Virus record (IMG/VR): IMGVR_UViG_3300001336_000002 | Coordinates: 1-64,000 of that record | DNA length: 64,000 bases | Source of the DNA: a virus | Strand: one strand, 5' to 3' | Part shown: positions 19,815-28,646 of the stretch, in pieces | Numbering within the stretch: position 1 is the first letter of the stretch | How the letters are laid out: every line of letters starts with the position of its first letter | Program-made: the position numbers and the translations under genes | Notes under the pieces: generated by a model | What the model was told of the DNA's origin: nothing | The model's input: the letters and a program-made list of their open reading frames with translations, nothing else | Database searches by the model: none

Positions 19815-20699
19815 ATGACTAAAAATCCATCAGCAGCGGAAATTAGACAGGCGCTTATTGATCACGGAGTAGATGCAAAATTCTACGAGGGGTTTGATAC
19901 CAGGGGTAACCCATACACCAATGGGCTACAAGCAATTGTAATTCATCACACAGCAAACCCAAATGCTGGAAAACCAGGGAACTTTAATAATATCCTTTAT
20001 TGGTGTACAAATGCCTATAAGCCTTATGCAGTAGCAAATCAACTTGTGGGCAAGTACCCTGGAGAAAACTATTTCCTTGCAGCGCGTGGAACATACCACA
20101 GCGGTCTGGGTGGCCCATGGTCTGCTGTTGGTGTGGGAGTAGGAAATGTTCTTCATTGGCGTGCTTGGGGCATTGAGATTGATGATCCAGGAACCTCAAA
20201 AACAATTAACTCATATCAAATTGAACAAGTAGCAAGAACCATTGCTGCATTCTGGGATCTTTGTGAATGGCCCGATGATGGTTCTCGCATTATTACACAC
20301 GGAGACTGGACTGATTCAGGACCATATCTAAATGAGCCAAACTACGGCCCACACAGATATCGCAAGAATGATACTTTAAGAAAGTATTATGATCAAAACT
20401 TCTGGCGCAAAGAAGCAGCAAAGTATCGCATTGGCAAAGAAATGTGGGATGGCACCGTGCCACTCCTTGGAGCAGTGCAGAAGGCAGAAGAGCAGGATCT
20501 TGCAAACAAGGCCGCATGGAGAGTTGCTTGCAGGCTATATGATTTAGGATTTACAAAGAGAAGGCCAGCAAGACTTGGAAAGCAAAGATATCCTAGAAGA
20601 GCAGTAAGGCAATTCCAAAAGTCTCTGGGATGGAAAAACGCTCATGGAAACTTTAGCCCAGCGACACAAAAAAGAATGTTTGGAAAAGTAAAAAGATAA
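19815..20699 (+). CDS. N-acetylmuramoyl-L-alanine amidase endolysin with C-terminal peptidoglycan-binding domain
   Basis: IVIHHTA, YHSG, WGIEID, ITHGDW; C-terminal AVRQFQKSLG. Confidence 0.85.
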   Translation: MTKNPSAAEIRQALIDHGVDAKFYEGFDTRGNPYTNGLQAIVIHHTANPNAGKPGNFNNILYWCTNAYKPYAVANQLVGKYPGENYFLAARGTYHSGLGGPWSAVGVGVGNVLHWRAWGIEIDDPGTSKTINSYQIEQVARTIAAFWDLCEWPDDGSRIITHGDWTDSGPYLNEPNYGPHRYRKNDTLRKYYDQNFWRKEAAKYRIGKEMWDGTVPLLGAVQKAEEQDLANKAAWRVACRLYDLGFTKRRPARLGKQRYPRRAVRQFQKSLGWKNAHGNFSPATQKRMFGKVKR

Positions 20700-21124
20700 T
20701 GCCTTACGACATTAGACAAAATTATCGTGATTGTTCTGGGTATGCTGTAGTTGGGCCAGACGGAACTGTTCGTGGCTGCCATCCAACCAGGGAAAGAGCA
20801 GAGGCTCAGAGGGCTGCTCTTTATTCCGTAGAAGATGAGCAGGCTATGGGGAAATCTGTTCGTGTAGGAGGCATGGTTTCCTGGAATTCAAGTGGCGGTC
20901 GTGCAGAAGGAAAAGTAAAAAGAATTATTAGAAATGGTAGTTACAATGTACCAGATTCTGATTTTACAATTACAGGCACAGAAGACAACCCCGCAGTAGT
21001 CATTGAAGTATATCGTGATGGAAAGCCAACGGGAAGAATGGTCGGACATAGAATGAACTCTTTGAGAGCAAAGAAAAGTATTTGGGGAGGATCTTTTGAT
21101 CCTCTGGGGAGAAGAGATGTCTGA
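20699..21124 (+). CDS. Hva1/TUDOR-like (DUF2945) domain protein
   Basis: VGGMVSWNSSGGRAEGKV..GTEDNPA..VGHR; C-terminal KSIWGGSFDPL. Confidence 0.65.
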   Translation: MPYDIRQNYRDCSGYAVVGPDGTVRGCHPTRERAEAQRAALYSVEDEQAMGKSVRVGGMVSWNSSGGRAEGKVKRIIRNGSYNVPDSDFTITGTEDNPAVVIEVYRDGKPTGRMVGHRMNSLRAKKSIWGGSFDPLGRRDV

Positions 21125-21488
21125 CACATATAAACCAACAACTGGTATGCAGTCTGCTGCAAGGCGTGCCTTAAAGTGGCGAGAAGAAGGCAAGGCAAAG
21201 GGCGCAGGAACATCTGTTGGATGGACTAGGGCCAATCAGTTAGCAAACAGAGAGAATCTATCTTTAGACACTGTAAAAAGAATGTATTCTTATTTCTCTC
21301 GTCACGAAATTGATAAAAAGGGCAAAGGCTTTTATAATGGTCCAGATTTTCCCTCAAAGGGCCGCGTAATGTGGGAGGCATGGGGAGGAGACCCAGGCTT
21401 CTCCTGGTCAAAAAGAATTGTAGAAAGAGAAGAGTCTAAAAAGGTATGGAATGGCTCTGCGTTTGATCTAAAAAAATACAATAACTAG
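21117..21488 (+). CDS. Head-associated-type hypothetical protein
   Basis: ARRALKWREEG..GTSVGWTRANQL..RMYSYFSRH..WGGD domain, recalled as often fused to head morphogenesis proteins. Confidence 0.55.
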   Translation: MSDTYKPTTGMQSAARRALKWREEGKAKGAGTSVGWTRANQLANRENLSLDTVKRMYSYFSRHEIDKKGKGFYNGPDFPSKGRVMWEAWGGDPGFSWSKRIVEREESKKVWNGSAFDLKKYNN

Positions 21489-21496
21489 GGAGCCAT

Positions 21497-21829
21497 ATGT
21501 GGTTTTTATTAGCAACAATTCCCTGGATAGCAACCGTAGGGGCACTTTTATATGTCATTGTTCAATACAACAAAAGACTTTCAGAATACAACGATGAAGA
21601 TTTTTATGAAGAATCCTTTGATGAAGATGAAATAAAAGATACAATACATGTAGCAGTATATGAAGATAAGGCATACTGGGTTCATGAAAATATTTTTTAT
21701 GAAGCAGATTTAATTGCAGAACCAGATTTTGCAACAGCAAGACCAATAGATACAATGTCTTTAAGCACAAAACAAATAACAGAACTGATGGAAGTTCTTG
21801 ATGAATTAGAAAATCATGGAAAGGAATAA
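21497..21829 (+). CDS. Membrane-anchored acidic protein
   Basis: N-terminal hydrophobic helix. Confidence 0.6.
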   Translation: MWFLLATIPWIATVGALLYVIVQYNKRLSEYNDEDFYEESFDEDEIKDTIHVAVYEDKAYWVHENIFYEADLIAEPDFATARPIDTMSLSTKQITELMEVLDELENHGKE

Positions 21830-21830
21830 A

Positions 21831-22178
21831 ATGAACGTCGTAGTACAGGGCACCAGAGAGTTTGCCAGTTATGATGTGTTTATGCGTGCTATGGGAGTAG
21901 CGCTATCTTCAATTGAGGACACAGAGTTTAATGTCTATAGTGCTGGACCATCACAAGTAAATCAATATACTGCAGAATTCTGCAACCTTTCTGAAGATGG
22001 CTTAAAACGGCGTGGCATTAAGGTGAGATACTTTAAAGTTGCTCCCTCATTTATTGAAGAGAATATTTCTGACTTCGATTACTTCGCCTTCCTTTCTGCC
22101 CCGAATCAGGAGCGACCGTCCAGTTTGGCGGCATCTGCTGAATTGAGTGGTATGGAAGTTGGCGTTTTCCGATTCTAG
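21831..22178 (+). CDS. Hypothetical protein (possibly SLOG-like)
   Basis: VVVQGTREFASY N-terminus. Confidence 0.45.
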   Translation: MNVVVQGTREFASYDVFMRAMGVALSSIEDTEFNVYSAGPSQVNQYTAEFCNLSEDGLKRRGIKVRYFKVAPSFIEENISDFDYFAFLSAPNQERPSSLAASAELSGMEVGVFRF

Positions 22179-22187
22179 GAGAACGCT

Positions 22188-22571
22188 ATGCTATCAAACA
22201 GAGATCGATCTTATCTTAGTGTTGCCAGATACATGGCAAAAAAATCTGTTTCAAGAAATACCCACGGCGCTGTAGTTGTTAAGGGTGGAAGGGTTCTTGG
22301 CACAGGATATAACAAAAATAGGAATCATCCAGCAATAGTTTCCCCAGAACACATTAAAGAATATTGTTCTTTTCATGCAGAAGAAGTTGCTATTCGTGAA
22401 GCGGGGGAGGATAATGTAAGAAACGCAGTAATTTATGTGGCAAGAGTAAACAGACAAGGAAAGGATAGAGACAGCAAACCTTGTTCCCGCTGTAGTGACT
22501 TGATTAAGCGGGTGGGAATAAAGAGAGTTGTCTTTACCGCTGAAGCAGGAGAATACTATGTTAATCAGTAG
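22188..22571 (+). CDS. Cytidine/deoxycytidylate deaminase family protein
   Basis: HGAVVV, FHAEE, SKPCSRC. Confidence 0.85.
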   Translation: MLSNRDRSYLSVARYMAKKSVSRNTHGAVVVKGGRVLGTGYNKNRNHPAIVSPEHIKEYCSFHAEEVAIREAGEDNVRNAVIYVARVNRQGKDRDSKPCSRCSDLIKRVGIKRVVFTAEAGEYYVNQ

Positions 22572-22785
22572 TCTAGACAAGATGGAAAGCATTGTTGATT
22601 CCAGGGACGACCTAGAGTGGGTCGGATGGAATGTCGTACGATATTTTGGGCAGTCGTCCTTCCTTTCTAAGGATGTAGTTTTTAAAAATGGTAAGTGGAT
22701 TAAAACAAAGGTCTATCCTATTACAGAACTGGGATGGGATATCCCAGATAGCATAGGAGGAAGCCTTGCACAGTTGGAAGGATGA
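22558..22785 (+). CDS. Hypothetical protein
   Basis: Coupled ORF. Confidence 0.55.
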   Translation: MLISSLDKMESIVDSRDDLEWVGWNVVRYFGQSSFLSKDVVFKNGKWIKTKVYPITELGWDIPDSIGGSLAQLEG

Positions 22786-23047
22786 AGCAGATTGTTTAGA
22801 CATAGACACCAATCTATTTTTTGATAAATATGAAGATGATCAGCATCTTGCAAAGACTGTGGATGGTATTTGCCAAAGTTGCCCAGTAAATCAAAAGTGT
22901 TTCGCCTGGGGCGTATCCAACAAAGAGTGGGGCGTCTGGGGAGGAATCTATTTGAAAGATGGTAAAATTGATAAAGAGTTCAATGCACATAAGTCTAAGG
23001 AAGACTGGTTTGTTGCGTGGGAATCTTTAACAATGGAGAAAGAATGA
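22766..23047 (+). CDS. whiB: WhiB-family transcription regulator
   Basis: W..EADC, C-x2-C-x5-C, GVWGG. Confidence 0.9.
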   Translation: MHSWKDEADCLDIDTNLFFDKYEDDQHLAKTVDGICQSCPVNQKCFAWGVSNKEWGVWGGIYLKDGKIDKEFNAHKSKEDWFVAWESLTMEKE

Positions 23048-23295
23048 TTTATACCCCCGATGTTGCTGCTGCGATAAAGTCAATTCCCATGCCTGTAGAA
23101 ATGAGTGTTGACATAGTTGATTATGACCAGTACCTTGGAATAAGATTTTATGAAAGCGAATGGTCACATCTTTCTGAAAATGAAAGAATGAGAATGGCAA
23201 TGTATTTTCAAGCAGTAAGGAAGGTGCTTGAAAGAGGAGGGGTCAAATCAACACTAGACCCAGTATATGATAAGCCAGGTATACAGGAAGTGTAA
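23044..23295 (+). CDS. Hypothetical protein
   Basis: Coupled ORF. Confidence 0.55.
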   Translation: MIYTPDVAAAIKSIPMPVEMSVDIVDYDQYLGIRFYESEWSHLSENERMRMAMYFQAVRKVLERGGVKSTLDPVYDKPGIQEV

Positions 23296-24356
23296 TGAGC
23301 ATATTTATTTCCATTGCATCTTATAGAGATCCAGAATTAATTAAAACAATAAATAGTTTAGTCAATAATTCTGACAACCCCGATCAACTTTATTTTGGAA
23401 TTGTTTCTCAAGAGGCTCGTAACAAACACGAGAACTTTGATTGGCTGGGAGACAATGCCAGAGTAATAAAAATGCATTACAAGGATGCAAGAGGGGCAGG
23501 GTACGCAAGGAAACTTGCAATGGAATTGTATGATGGGCAAGACTACTTCCTTCAAATAGATTCCCATATGAGATTTGAACAATCTTGGGACACTAGAATC
23601 ATTAAAGTTCTCAGCCATGCACAATCAATTGCAAAAACAGACAAGGTTGTTCTAAGTCAATTTCCCGCTCCGTATATGGTCCTAACAGATGGGACCGATT
23701 ACTATCTTAAAGGGGATGAAAACTTTTGGGATTTTCCATCATGGACCTCAGTAGAGAATACTTGGGGAGGGTTCTGGTCGGGGAAGAGAGAAAGGATAAA
23801 AGATCTTTCAATACCGCACAAGACACATACAATCCTTGCAGGTTATGTCTTCGCCCCTGGAGAAATAGTAGAAGAAGTTCCCTATGACGAAAGAATATCG
23901 TTTATGGGAGAAGAACTTTGTTTTTCTATCCGTGCGTATACTAGGGGCTGGGAGTTGTATGCTCCAAATGAGATGCTGTGCTGGCACTTCTATAAGAGAG
24001 AAGAAAACCCAAAAATATGGAATGACAATCTCATAGGAAGAACCTGGAATGAACTTGAGATGGAGTCTCAAAGAATTCAAGAAAGAGTACTTCTTGGTGA
24101 AGAGCAGGGTATATTTGGTATTGATGGCATAGAAAGATATTTAGAATATCAGGAAATGATTGGGATTAACTTTCCCACTTTTTATAAAAAAGAATTGCCT
24201 AGAAGTGTGAATCTTGGTACACTTGCAAAAGAAATAGAGTTCGATGAAAACTTTAATCTTGTTGAAATAAGTAAGAGTGGATATTGTATCAACAATTTTC
24301 ATGGTGAATGTAAAAGAAATACTGTTTGTATGTGTGACTGTCATAAAGGAGATTAA
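23295..24356 (+). CDS. GlcNAc-transferase-family glycosyltransferase (Skp1 Gnt1-like)
   Basis: IFISIASYRDPEL, ARGAGYAR, LQIDSHMRF, FMGEE..RAYTRGW. Confidence 0.8.
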   Translation: MSIFISIASYRDPELIKTINSLVNNSDNPDQLYFGIVSQEARNKHENFDWLGDNARVIKMHYKDARGAGYARKLAMELYDGQDYFLQIDSHMRFEQSWDTRIIKVLSHAQSIAKTDKVVLSQFPAPYMVLTDGTDYYLKGDENFWDFPSWTSVENTWGGFWSGKRERIKDLSIPHKTHTILAGYVFAPGEIVEEVPYDERISFMGEELCFSIRAYTRGWELYAPNEMLCWHFYKREENPKIWNDNLIGRTWNELEMESQRIQERVLLGEEQGIFGIDGIERYLEYQEMIGINFPTFYKKELPRSVNLGTLAKEIEFDENFNLVEISKSGYCINNFHGECKRNTVCMCDCHKGD

Positions 24357-24528
24357 TGTGTCGCAGGATATTGATAGGCTATTAAGCAACATGAACTCAG
24401 CCTCTGCTGATCTAAAAAAGTCTGCGGGAGGAAAAGCGGGAGAAGGAATTGAAAAGAAGTACGGAGATGCATACCAGCAACTAGTTAAGGCTGGAGTAAG
24501 GCCACAACTACGAAGAAAGTATCGATAA

Positions 24529-24735
24529 ATGTATGTGGCTAAGATCATAAGAAGGAACATGCTAGTTGAGGCATACTTTTGGAGAAAGCAATGGCATCCA
24601 GAGATGTCTTCTAATCAACTAGAGTTTATTTCTAACAAAAACTTTTTCTTTAAATCAAGGGCCAAGAAATGGATAGGAAAGCAGTTGATTAGAGAAATGT
24701 CGATAAACAGAGACCTGGAGATTATTAATGGATGA
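24529..24735 (+). CDS. Hypothetical protein
   Basis: ORF in operon. Confidence 0.4.
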   Translation: MYVAKIIRRNMLVEAYFWRKQWHPEMSSNQLEFISNKNFFFKSRAKKWIGKQLIREMSINRDLEIING

Positions 24736-24890
24736 AGCAACAATTATTGGAAACATTTTAAATAATTCTATAACCAGATATGCAAAGTCTGTTCAATCCT
24801 ATGAGATTGAGGTGGCTAATTTGATGGCAGAGATTATTCGTTTACAAAATAAAATAGAGTCTTTTACCAACATTAAAGAGGAGAAAAAGG

Positions 24891-25550
24891 TTGACTAAGT
24901 TAGTTGCAGGAGCAGATATTATTAAGAACCAAATTACTTCTCGTTGGCCAAATGCCAATGTTTTGTCATCAGAATCTAACTATTCTGCAAGCAAGTCTTT
25001 AATTTATTCAATTTCTATTGACCTAAAATCAGAAGACGATTCAGAATCTGAGTGGTTTGCGGATCAGATCCTTGCGTTCTGCAAAAACAAGAATGCTGGA
25101 TATGTGAGAATCAAGTCTCTCCGATACAAGAATATGGTAGCAAGTGGAACGCACTCTATGTTTTTTTGGGTGTGGAGAACCTGCGACTATGACATTGGGA
25201 ACAAGATTGAAATAGATTTTACTACCTACGGAGAGACAGACAGCACGCCATTCTCAATACCAATTTTAAATGGCGATGATTGTGGCGATGTAGTGCAGTC
25301 GCCAGACATTGACTCCCTTCTAGACTCTATATATTCACAATCTGCTACAAAGAGTACTTTTTTGCTCGCTTGTAGAATGAAGGAACTAGGGTTTCTTGAT
25401 GAGAACATTGCTCCTATAGGCAAGCAAAAGTATCCCAAAAATGCAATTAGAAAGATGCAGGACTATATGGGGCTAGAAAGAACAGAATATAACCAAGACC
25501 TCCATTGGAAAATCTGGGGCGAAATGACAATATCTTCTTCAGAAGTATGA
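24891..25550 (+). CDS. Hypothetical protein with C-terminal domain paralogous to the endolysin cell-wall-binding domain
   Basis: ACRMKELGF..GKQKYPKNAIRKMQ vs endolysin ACRLYDLGF..GKQRYPRRAVRQFQ. Confidence 0.6.
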   Translation: MTKLVAGADIIKNQITSRWPNANVLSSESNYSASKSLIYSISIDLKSEDDSESEWFADQILAFCKNKNAGYVRIKSLRYKNMVASGTHSMFFWVWRTCDYDIGNKIEIDFTTYGETDSTPFSIPILNGDDCGDVVQSPDIDSLLDSIYSQSATKSTFLLACRMKELGFLDENIAPIGKQKYPKNAIRKMQDYMGLERTEYNQDLHWKIWGEMTISSSEV

Positions 25551-25629
25551 TGTAGTTCACATATCATTTATTTGATTTTGTGACACAATTGAGATATTAT
25601 TATTACATACCCCAAAAGGAGGAGATTTA

Positions 25630-25785
25630 ATGCGTTCTTTTTTTAGAATGTTGTCAGAGGTTATTTCTGGAAGCACAACTGAAAGAAATGACTTCTATTG
25701 GAAATGGGATTTTGAAAGAAATAGGGCCGCAAACTTTGGTCCATCTCATGTATCAGAAATTGACAGTATCTTTTCGCGTCAATAG
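25630..25785 (+). CDS. Small protein (51 aa, not in ORF track)
   Basis: aggaggag RBS; MRSFFRML...EIDSIFSRQ; followed by hairpin. Confidence 0.6.
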   Translation: MRSFFRMLSEVISGSTTERNDFYWKWDFERNRAANFGPSHVSEIDSIFSRQ

Positions 25786-25797
25786 TTGTCGTTGTTC

Positions 25798-25823
25798 GAT
25801 CCACGGTACTTTTACCGTGGATC
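25798..25823 (+). terminator. Perfect 11-bp hairpin
   Basis: gatccacggta-cttt-taccgtggatc. Confidence 0.65.
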
Positions 25824-25843
25824 AACTATTTTAAGGAGTAGTT

Positions 25844-26410
25844 ATGAATTTTTTTGTTTCTATCTTTAGTACAATCTTTTTACTATTTCCATCATCAGTT
25901 CAGTTTGATGTCCCCGATCACCTAACAAGCAGTCCTGTTATTATTGGAGACTATAAACCTGCAAAGGTATATAAGAATCAAAGGCTGCCCAGAGTAGAGA
26001 AGTTTAGGTGTAAGAATGAAGCAGCACAAATTCTTTACAAGGCGGGATTCAGAGGGTGGTCTCATAAAATGGCATGGGCTATTACATATAGAGAATCTAA
26101 ACACCAAAACTTGTCAGAAAGCAGTCCGTATTTTACAGGTGCGCTGGGAATGTGGCAAATTCAGACCTCTGCCTGGTCAGGGAAGTCATGGTGGTCTCGT
26201 AGTGCTATGCTAGACCCACTAGCACAAAGCAAGATTGCTTATAAGCATATGACCAATAAGGGAAGGTACTGGGTTCCCTGGGGATTAAATCCAGATGGCA
26301 GTCTTAATACAACACAATATGGAGGATGGTCTTCATGGAAGCATCAAAATTGGATTATGAAGCCGTTCCAAAAAGGTCTTGCACTTTATCCCTGCAAGAC
26401 GCTACCATAA
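25844..26410 (+). CDS. Exported lytic transglycosylase (SLT-like)
   Basis: Signal-like N-terminus; AITYRES catalytic Glu, GMWQI, LDP, WVPW. Confidence 0.8.
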   Translation: MNFFVSIFSTIFLLFPSSVQFDVPDHLTSSPVIIGDYKPAKVYKNQRLPRVEKFRCKNEAAQILYKAGFRGWSHKMAWAITYRESKHQNLSESSPYFTGALGMWQIQTSAWSGKSWWSRSAMLDPLAQSKIAYKHMTNKGRYWVPWGLNPDGSLNTTQYGGWSSWKHQNWIMKPFQKGLALYPCKTLP

Positions 26411-26418
26411 AGGGCTAT

Positions 26419-26441
26419 CCGTGGGGGTAATCCCCCCACGG
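26419..26441. terminator. Hairpin between convergent SLT and HNH genes
   Basis: ccgtggggg / cccccacgg. Confidence 0.65.
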
Positions 26442-26945
26442 TTACCCTGCTGACTTTCTCAAATAGTAGATTGGTCTACCATTTCCAATATTTCTTGCTC
26501 TATAACTAGACGTTAAGGCATGGCAATTTGGACAAAGAACCTCAAGGTTTTCTGGGGAATGGTTTAAGCCGTCACCATCAATATGATTAATTTCTAATAT
26601 TGTCTTGCCATCATCTGGATGGTTTTTATCAAAGCCACATTTAGAGCAAGAGTAGTTAGACTGTTCTAGTAAATATTTTCTAACGATTTGAGATAGACCA
26701 GAATCTGATCCACCACGCCACTCCCCAGAAAGCCACATTGGAATTTTTATAGTATGCATAGCGTTTCTAGAATAGCATTCATCACAGTATGTTCTTGATG
26801 AACTTATTTCTGTTTTGCAATTTTTGCAAGACCCTTCAGGCTTTCTGCGATTATATATTCCAAGGGTGTTATTATAGGTGGCAGCACAAGATTTAGAACA
26901 AAATTTTGGATTTTTAGTTTCGGACTTGCAATTTAAACATATCAT
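26442..26945 (-). CDS. HNH endonuclease
   Basis: CSKCG..LEINHIDGDGLNHSPENLEVLCPNCHA. Confidence 0.88.
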   Translation of the reverse strand: MICLNCKSETKNPKFCSKSCAATYNNTLGIYNRRKPEGSCKNCKTEISSSRTYCDECYSRNAMHTIKIPMWLSGEWRGGSDSGLSQIVRKYLLEQSNYSCSKCGFDKNHPDDGKTILEINHIDGDGLNHSPENLEVLCPNCHALTSSYRARNIGNGRPIYYLRKSAG

Positions 26946-26974
26946 GCTATAATTGTATCATGTTCGAATAACAC

Positions 26975-27050
26975 CCGTGCGTATGCCCTTCGGCTTCTAA
27001 CCGATAGAAAGGCTAACGGATACATGCTGGTTCGATCCCAGTCGCACGGA
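26975..27050 (+). tRNA. Atypical tRNA-like gene, anticodon TCT (Arg), no D-arm in the canonical position
   Basis: CCGTGCG/CGCACGG acceptor; TCGG-CTTCTAA-CCGA arm only 8 nt after acceptor; 21-nt segment; GCTGG-TTCGATC-CCAGT T arm. Confidence 0.7.
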
Positions 27051-27078
27051 CAAAATATATAAAAACATTGACTGCCAC

Positions 27079-27149
27079 GCGGCATTAGTGAAATAGAATC
27101 ACGGCAGTCTTCCAAACTGCAAGCGACGGAGCGTAACCCTCATGCCGCT
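27079..27149 (+). tRNA. tRNA-Gly (TCC) with non-canonical T loop
   Basis: GCGGCAT/ATGCCGC acceptor; GCAGT-CTTCCAA-ACTGC; T loop AGCGTAA. Confidence 0.72.
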
Positions 27150-27187
27150 CGCTTAAAAAGTTAACATAATCTAACAAAGGAAAATAT

Positions 27188-27583
27188 ATGACAAAGATTG
27201 TTGTGGCAATTGTTTCTTTTTTTGCTCTTCTTGCAGTTTCCGCATGTTCTGGTACGACCAGTTCTGAGGCTCCAACGGTAACAGTAACGGCGCAGCCTAC
27301 ACAAGAAGCGTCACCAGAAATTATTGAGAGCCCACAAGAAAAGTTTGTTTCTTATGTTCGTCAAGTTGGAGGTCGCTATGCCTCAATTGCTGGTGATTCT
27401 CAACTGATTAACCTTGGCAACATTGTATGTGATGGATATTCAAAGGGACTTTCTCAGGATGATGTTGTTGCAGCACTTTCTTACGCACTAGTAGAAAACA
27501 ATATGAACAATGAAGATGGTGCTCTTTTTGCTGCCGCACTAATTGTCGGGGCAGAAAGATATTTGTGCTCCCAATACGTCTAA
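27188..27583 (+). CDS. DUF732-like lipoprotein
   Basis: Lipobox VSAC; LGNIVCD...AERYLC. Confidence 0.75.
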   Translation: MTKIVVAIVSFFALLAVSACSGTTSSEAPTVTVTAQPTQEASPEIIESPQEKFVSYVRQVGGRYASIAGDSQLINLGNIVCDGYSKGLSQDDVVAALSYALVENNMNNEDGALFAAALIVGAERYLCSQYV

Positions 27584-27623
27584 TAAAAGGTATAATATAA
27601 CTAATCTAATAAAGGAAGGTGTC

Positions 27624-27857
27624 ATGCCTACAGCAATGGAAGAAGTAAAAGAAATTAAAAACACAGACACTCTTAATTCAACAGATAGGTGCGACAGATG
27701 TGGCGGTCAAGCCTACTTCTGGGTGAATGGAGTATCAGGAGATTTGTTTTTTTGCAGGCATCACTTTCTAAAGCATGAGGAATCAATTCGTGCCTATGCT
27801 TTTGAAATTATTGACGAATCACATAAACTTGATTACAAAGTAGAATCATCTGCTTAA
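27624..27857 (+). CDS. Small actinobacterial-type zinc-finger protein
   Basis: DRCDRCGGQAY...LFFCRHH; aaggaagg RBS. Confidence 0.7.
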   Translation: MPTAMEEVKEIKNTDTLNSTDRCDRCGGQAYFWVNGVSGDLFFCRHHFLKHEESIRAYAFEIIDESHKLDYKVESSA

Positions 27858-27874
27858 TATAGATAGGATAAATA

Positions 27875-28261
27875 ATGGCATTACATAATCAACTTTTGGT
27901 AAATGGCAAGGCGCGCAATCCAATGATTGGAGAGCAAGAAACAATTGACTGGATGAAGTCATTGGTAGAACAAATTGATATGAACATTATTCAAGGACCA
28001 TATGCCTCCTATGTTACCAAGGAGGGCAATAGGGGAGTTACATGCGTGGTAATGATTGAAACGTCTCACATTGCCCTCCATGTTTGGGATGAAGCAGAGC
28101 CAGCACTAATTCAATTTGATTTATATACTTGCTCCACCCTTCCTGTAGATGATGTATTGAGAAATCTAGAAGAAACTTTTGATCTAGAGGAATATCATTA
28201 TATGGTTATTGAGAGATCAGAACAATTTAATCTTCGTGCTAACGCGCACAAGTTTTTATAA
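27875..28261 (+). CDS. speD: S-adenosylmethionine decarboxylase-like proenzyme
   Basis: GVTCVVMIETSHIALHVW...DLYTC. Confidence 0.75.
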   Translation: MALHNQLLVNGKARNPMIGEQETIDWMKSLVEQIDMNIIQGPYASYVTKEGNRGVTCVVMIETSHIALHVWDEAEPALIQFDLYTCSTLPVDDVLRNLEETFDLEEYHYMVIERSEQFNLRANAHKFL

Positions 28262-28284
28262 AATTGGTTTGATACAATATAACT

Positions 28285-28644
28285 ATGAGCCTTTATGACC
28301 AATTAACACCAGAAGAAAAAGCATTTCACGATGCTCTTGTAAGAATCGCTGCAGAATATGGGCCATTTGACCAAGGCACCTCAAGCATTTGGGTTGGCTA
28401 TGAATCTGCAGAAGATAATGAAGACAAAGAGATTGGCGTTAAATGCTCAAACTGCTCTCTCTACGCAGGCAATGGGAACTGCATGATTCTTTCTTATAAG
28501 GTTGAAGAAGGGGCAAAATGCAGGCTTGCAGCAATTCCAGATGGTCTAGTCACCCCTGAGATGAATGATGACGAAGAAGAAATAGAGATGAGCAAGAGCG
28601 TTTGGTCAGGCAAGTTTGATCCACTATTTAAAAGAATGGCCTAA
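28285..28644 (+). CDS. Small 4-Cys (HiPIP-like) protein with C-terminal KSVWSGKFDPL
   Basis: CSNC..C..C spacing; leaderless after TACAAT. Confidence 0.5.
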   Translation: MSLYDQLTPEEKAFHDALVRIAAEYGPFDQGTSSIWVGYESAEDNEDKEIGVKCSNCSLYAGNGNCMILSYKVEEGAKCRLAAIPDGLVTPEMNDDEEEIEMSKSVWSGKFDPLFKRMA

Positions 28645-28646
28645 TA

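Noticed and set aside
25546-25561. CRP-like site TATGA-N6-TCACA
   Set aside because: Single one-mismatch copy in AT-rich DNA; could be chance
26994-27000. Reading the loop CTTCTAA as an amber (CTA) suppressor anticodon, implying recoding
   Set aside because: In a 7-nt loop the central triplet is TCT; TAG and TGA terminate intact genes throughout the window
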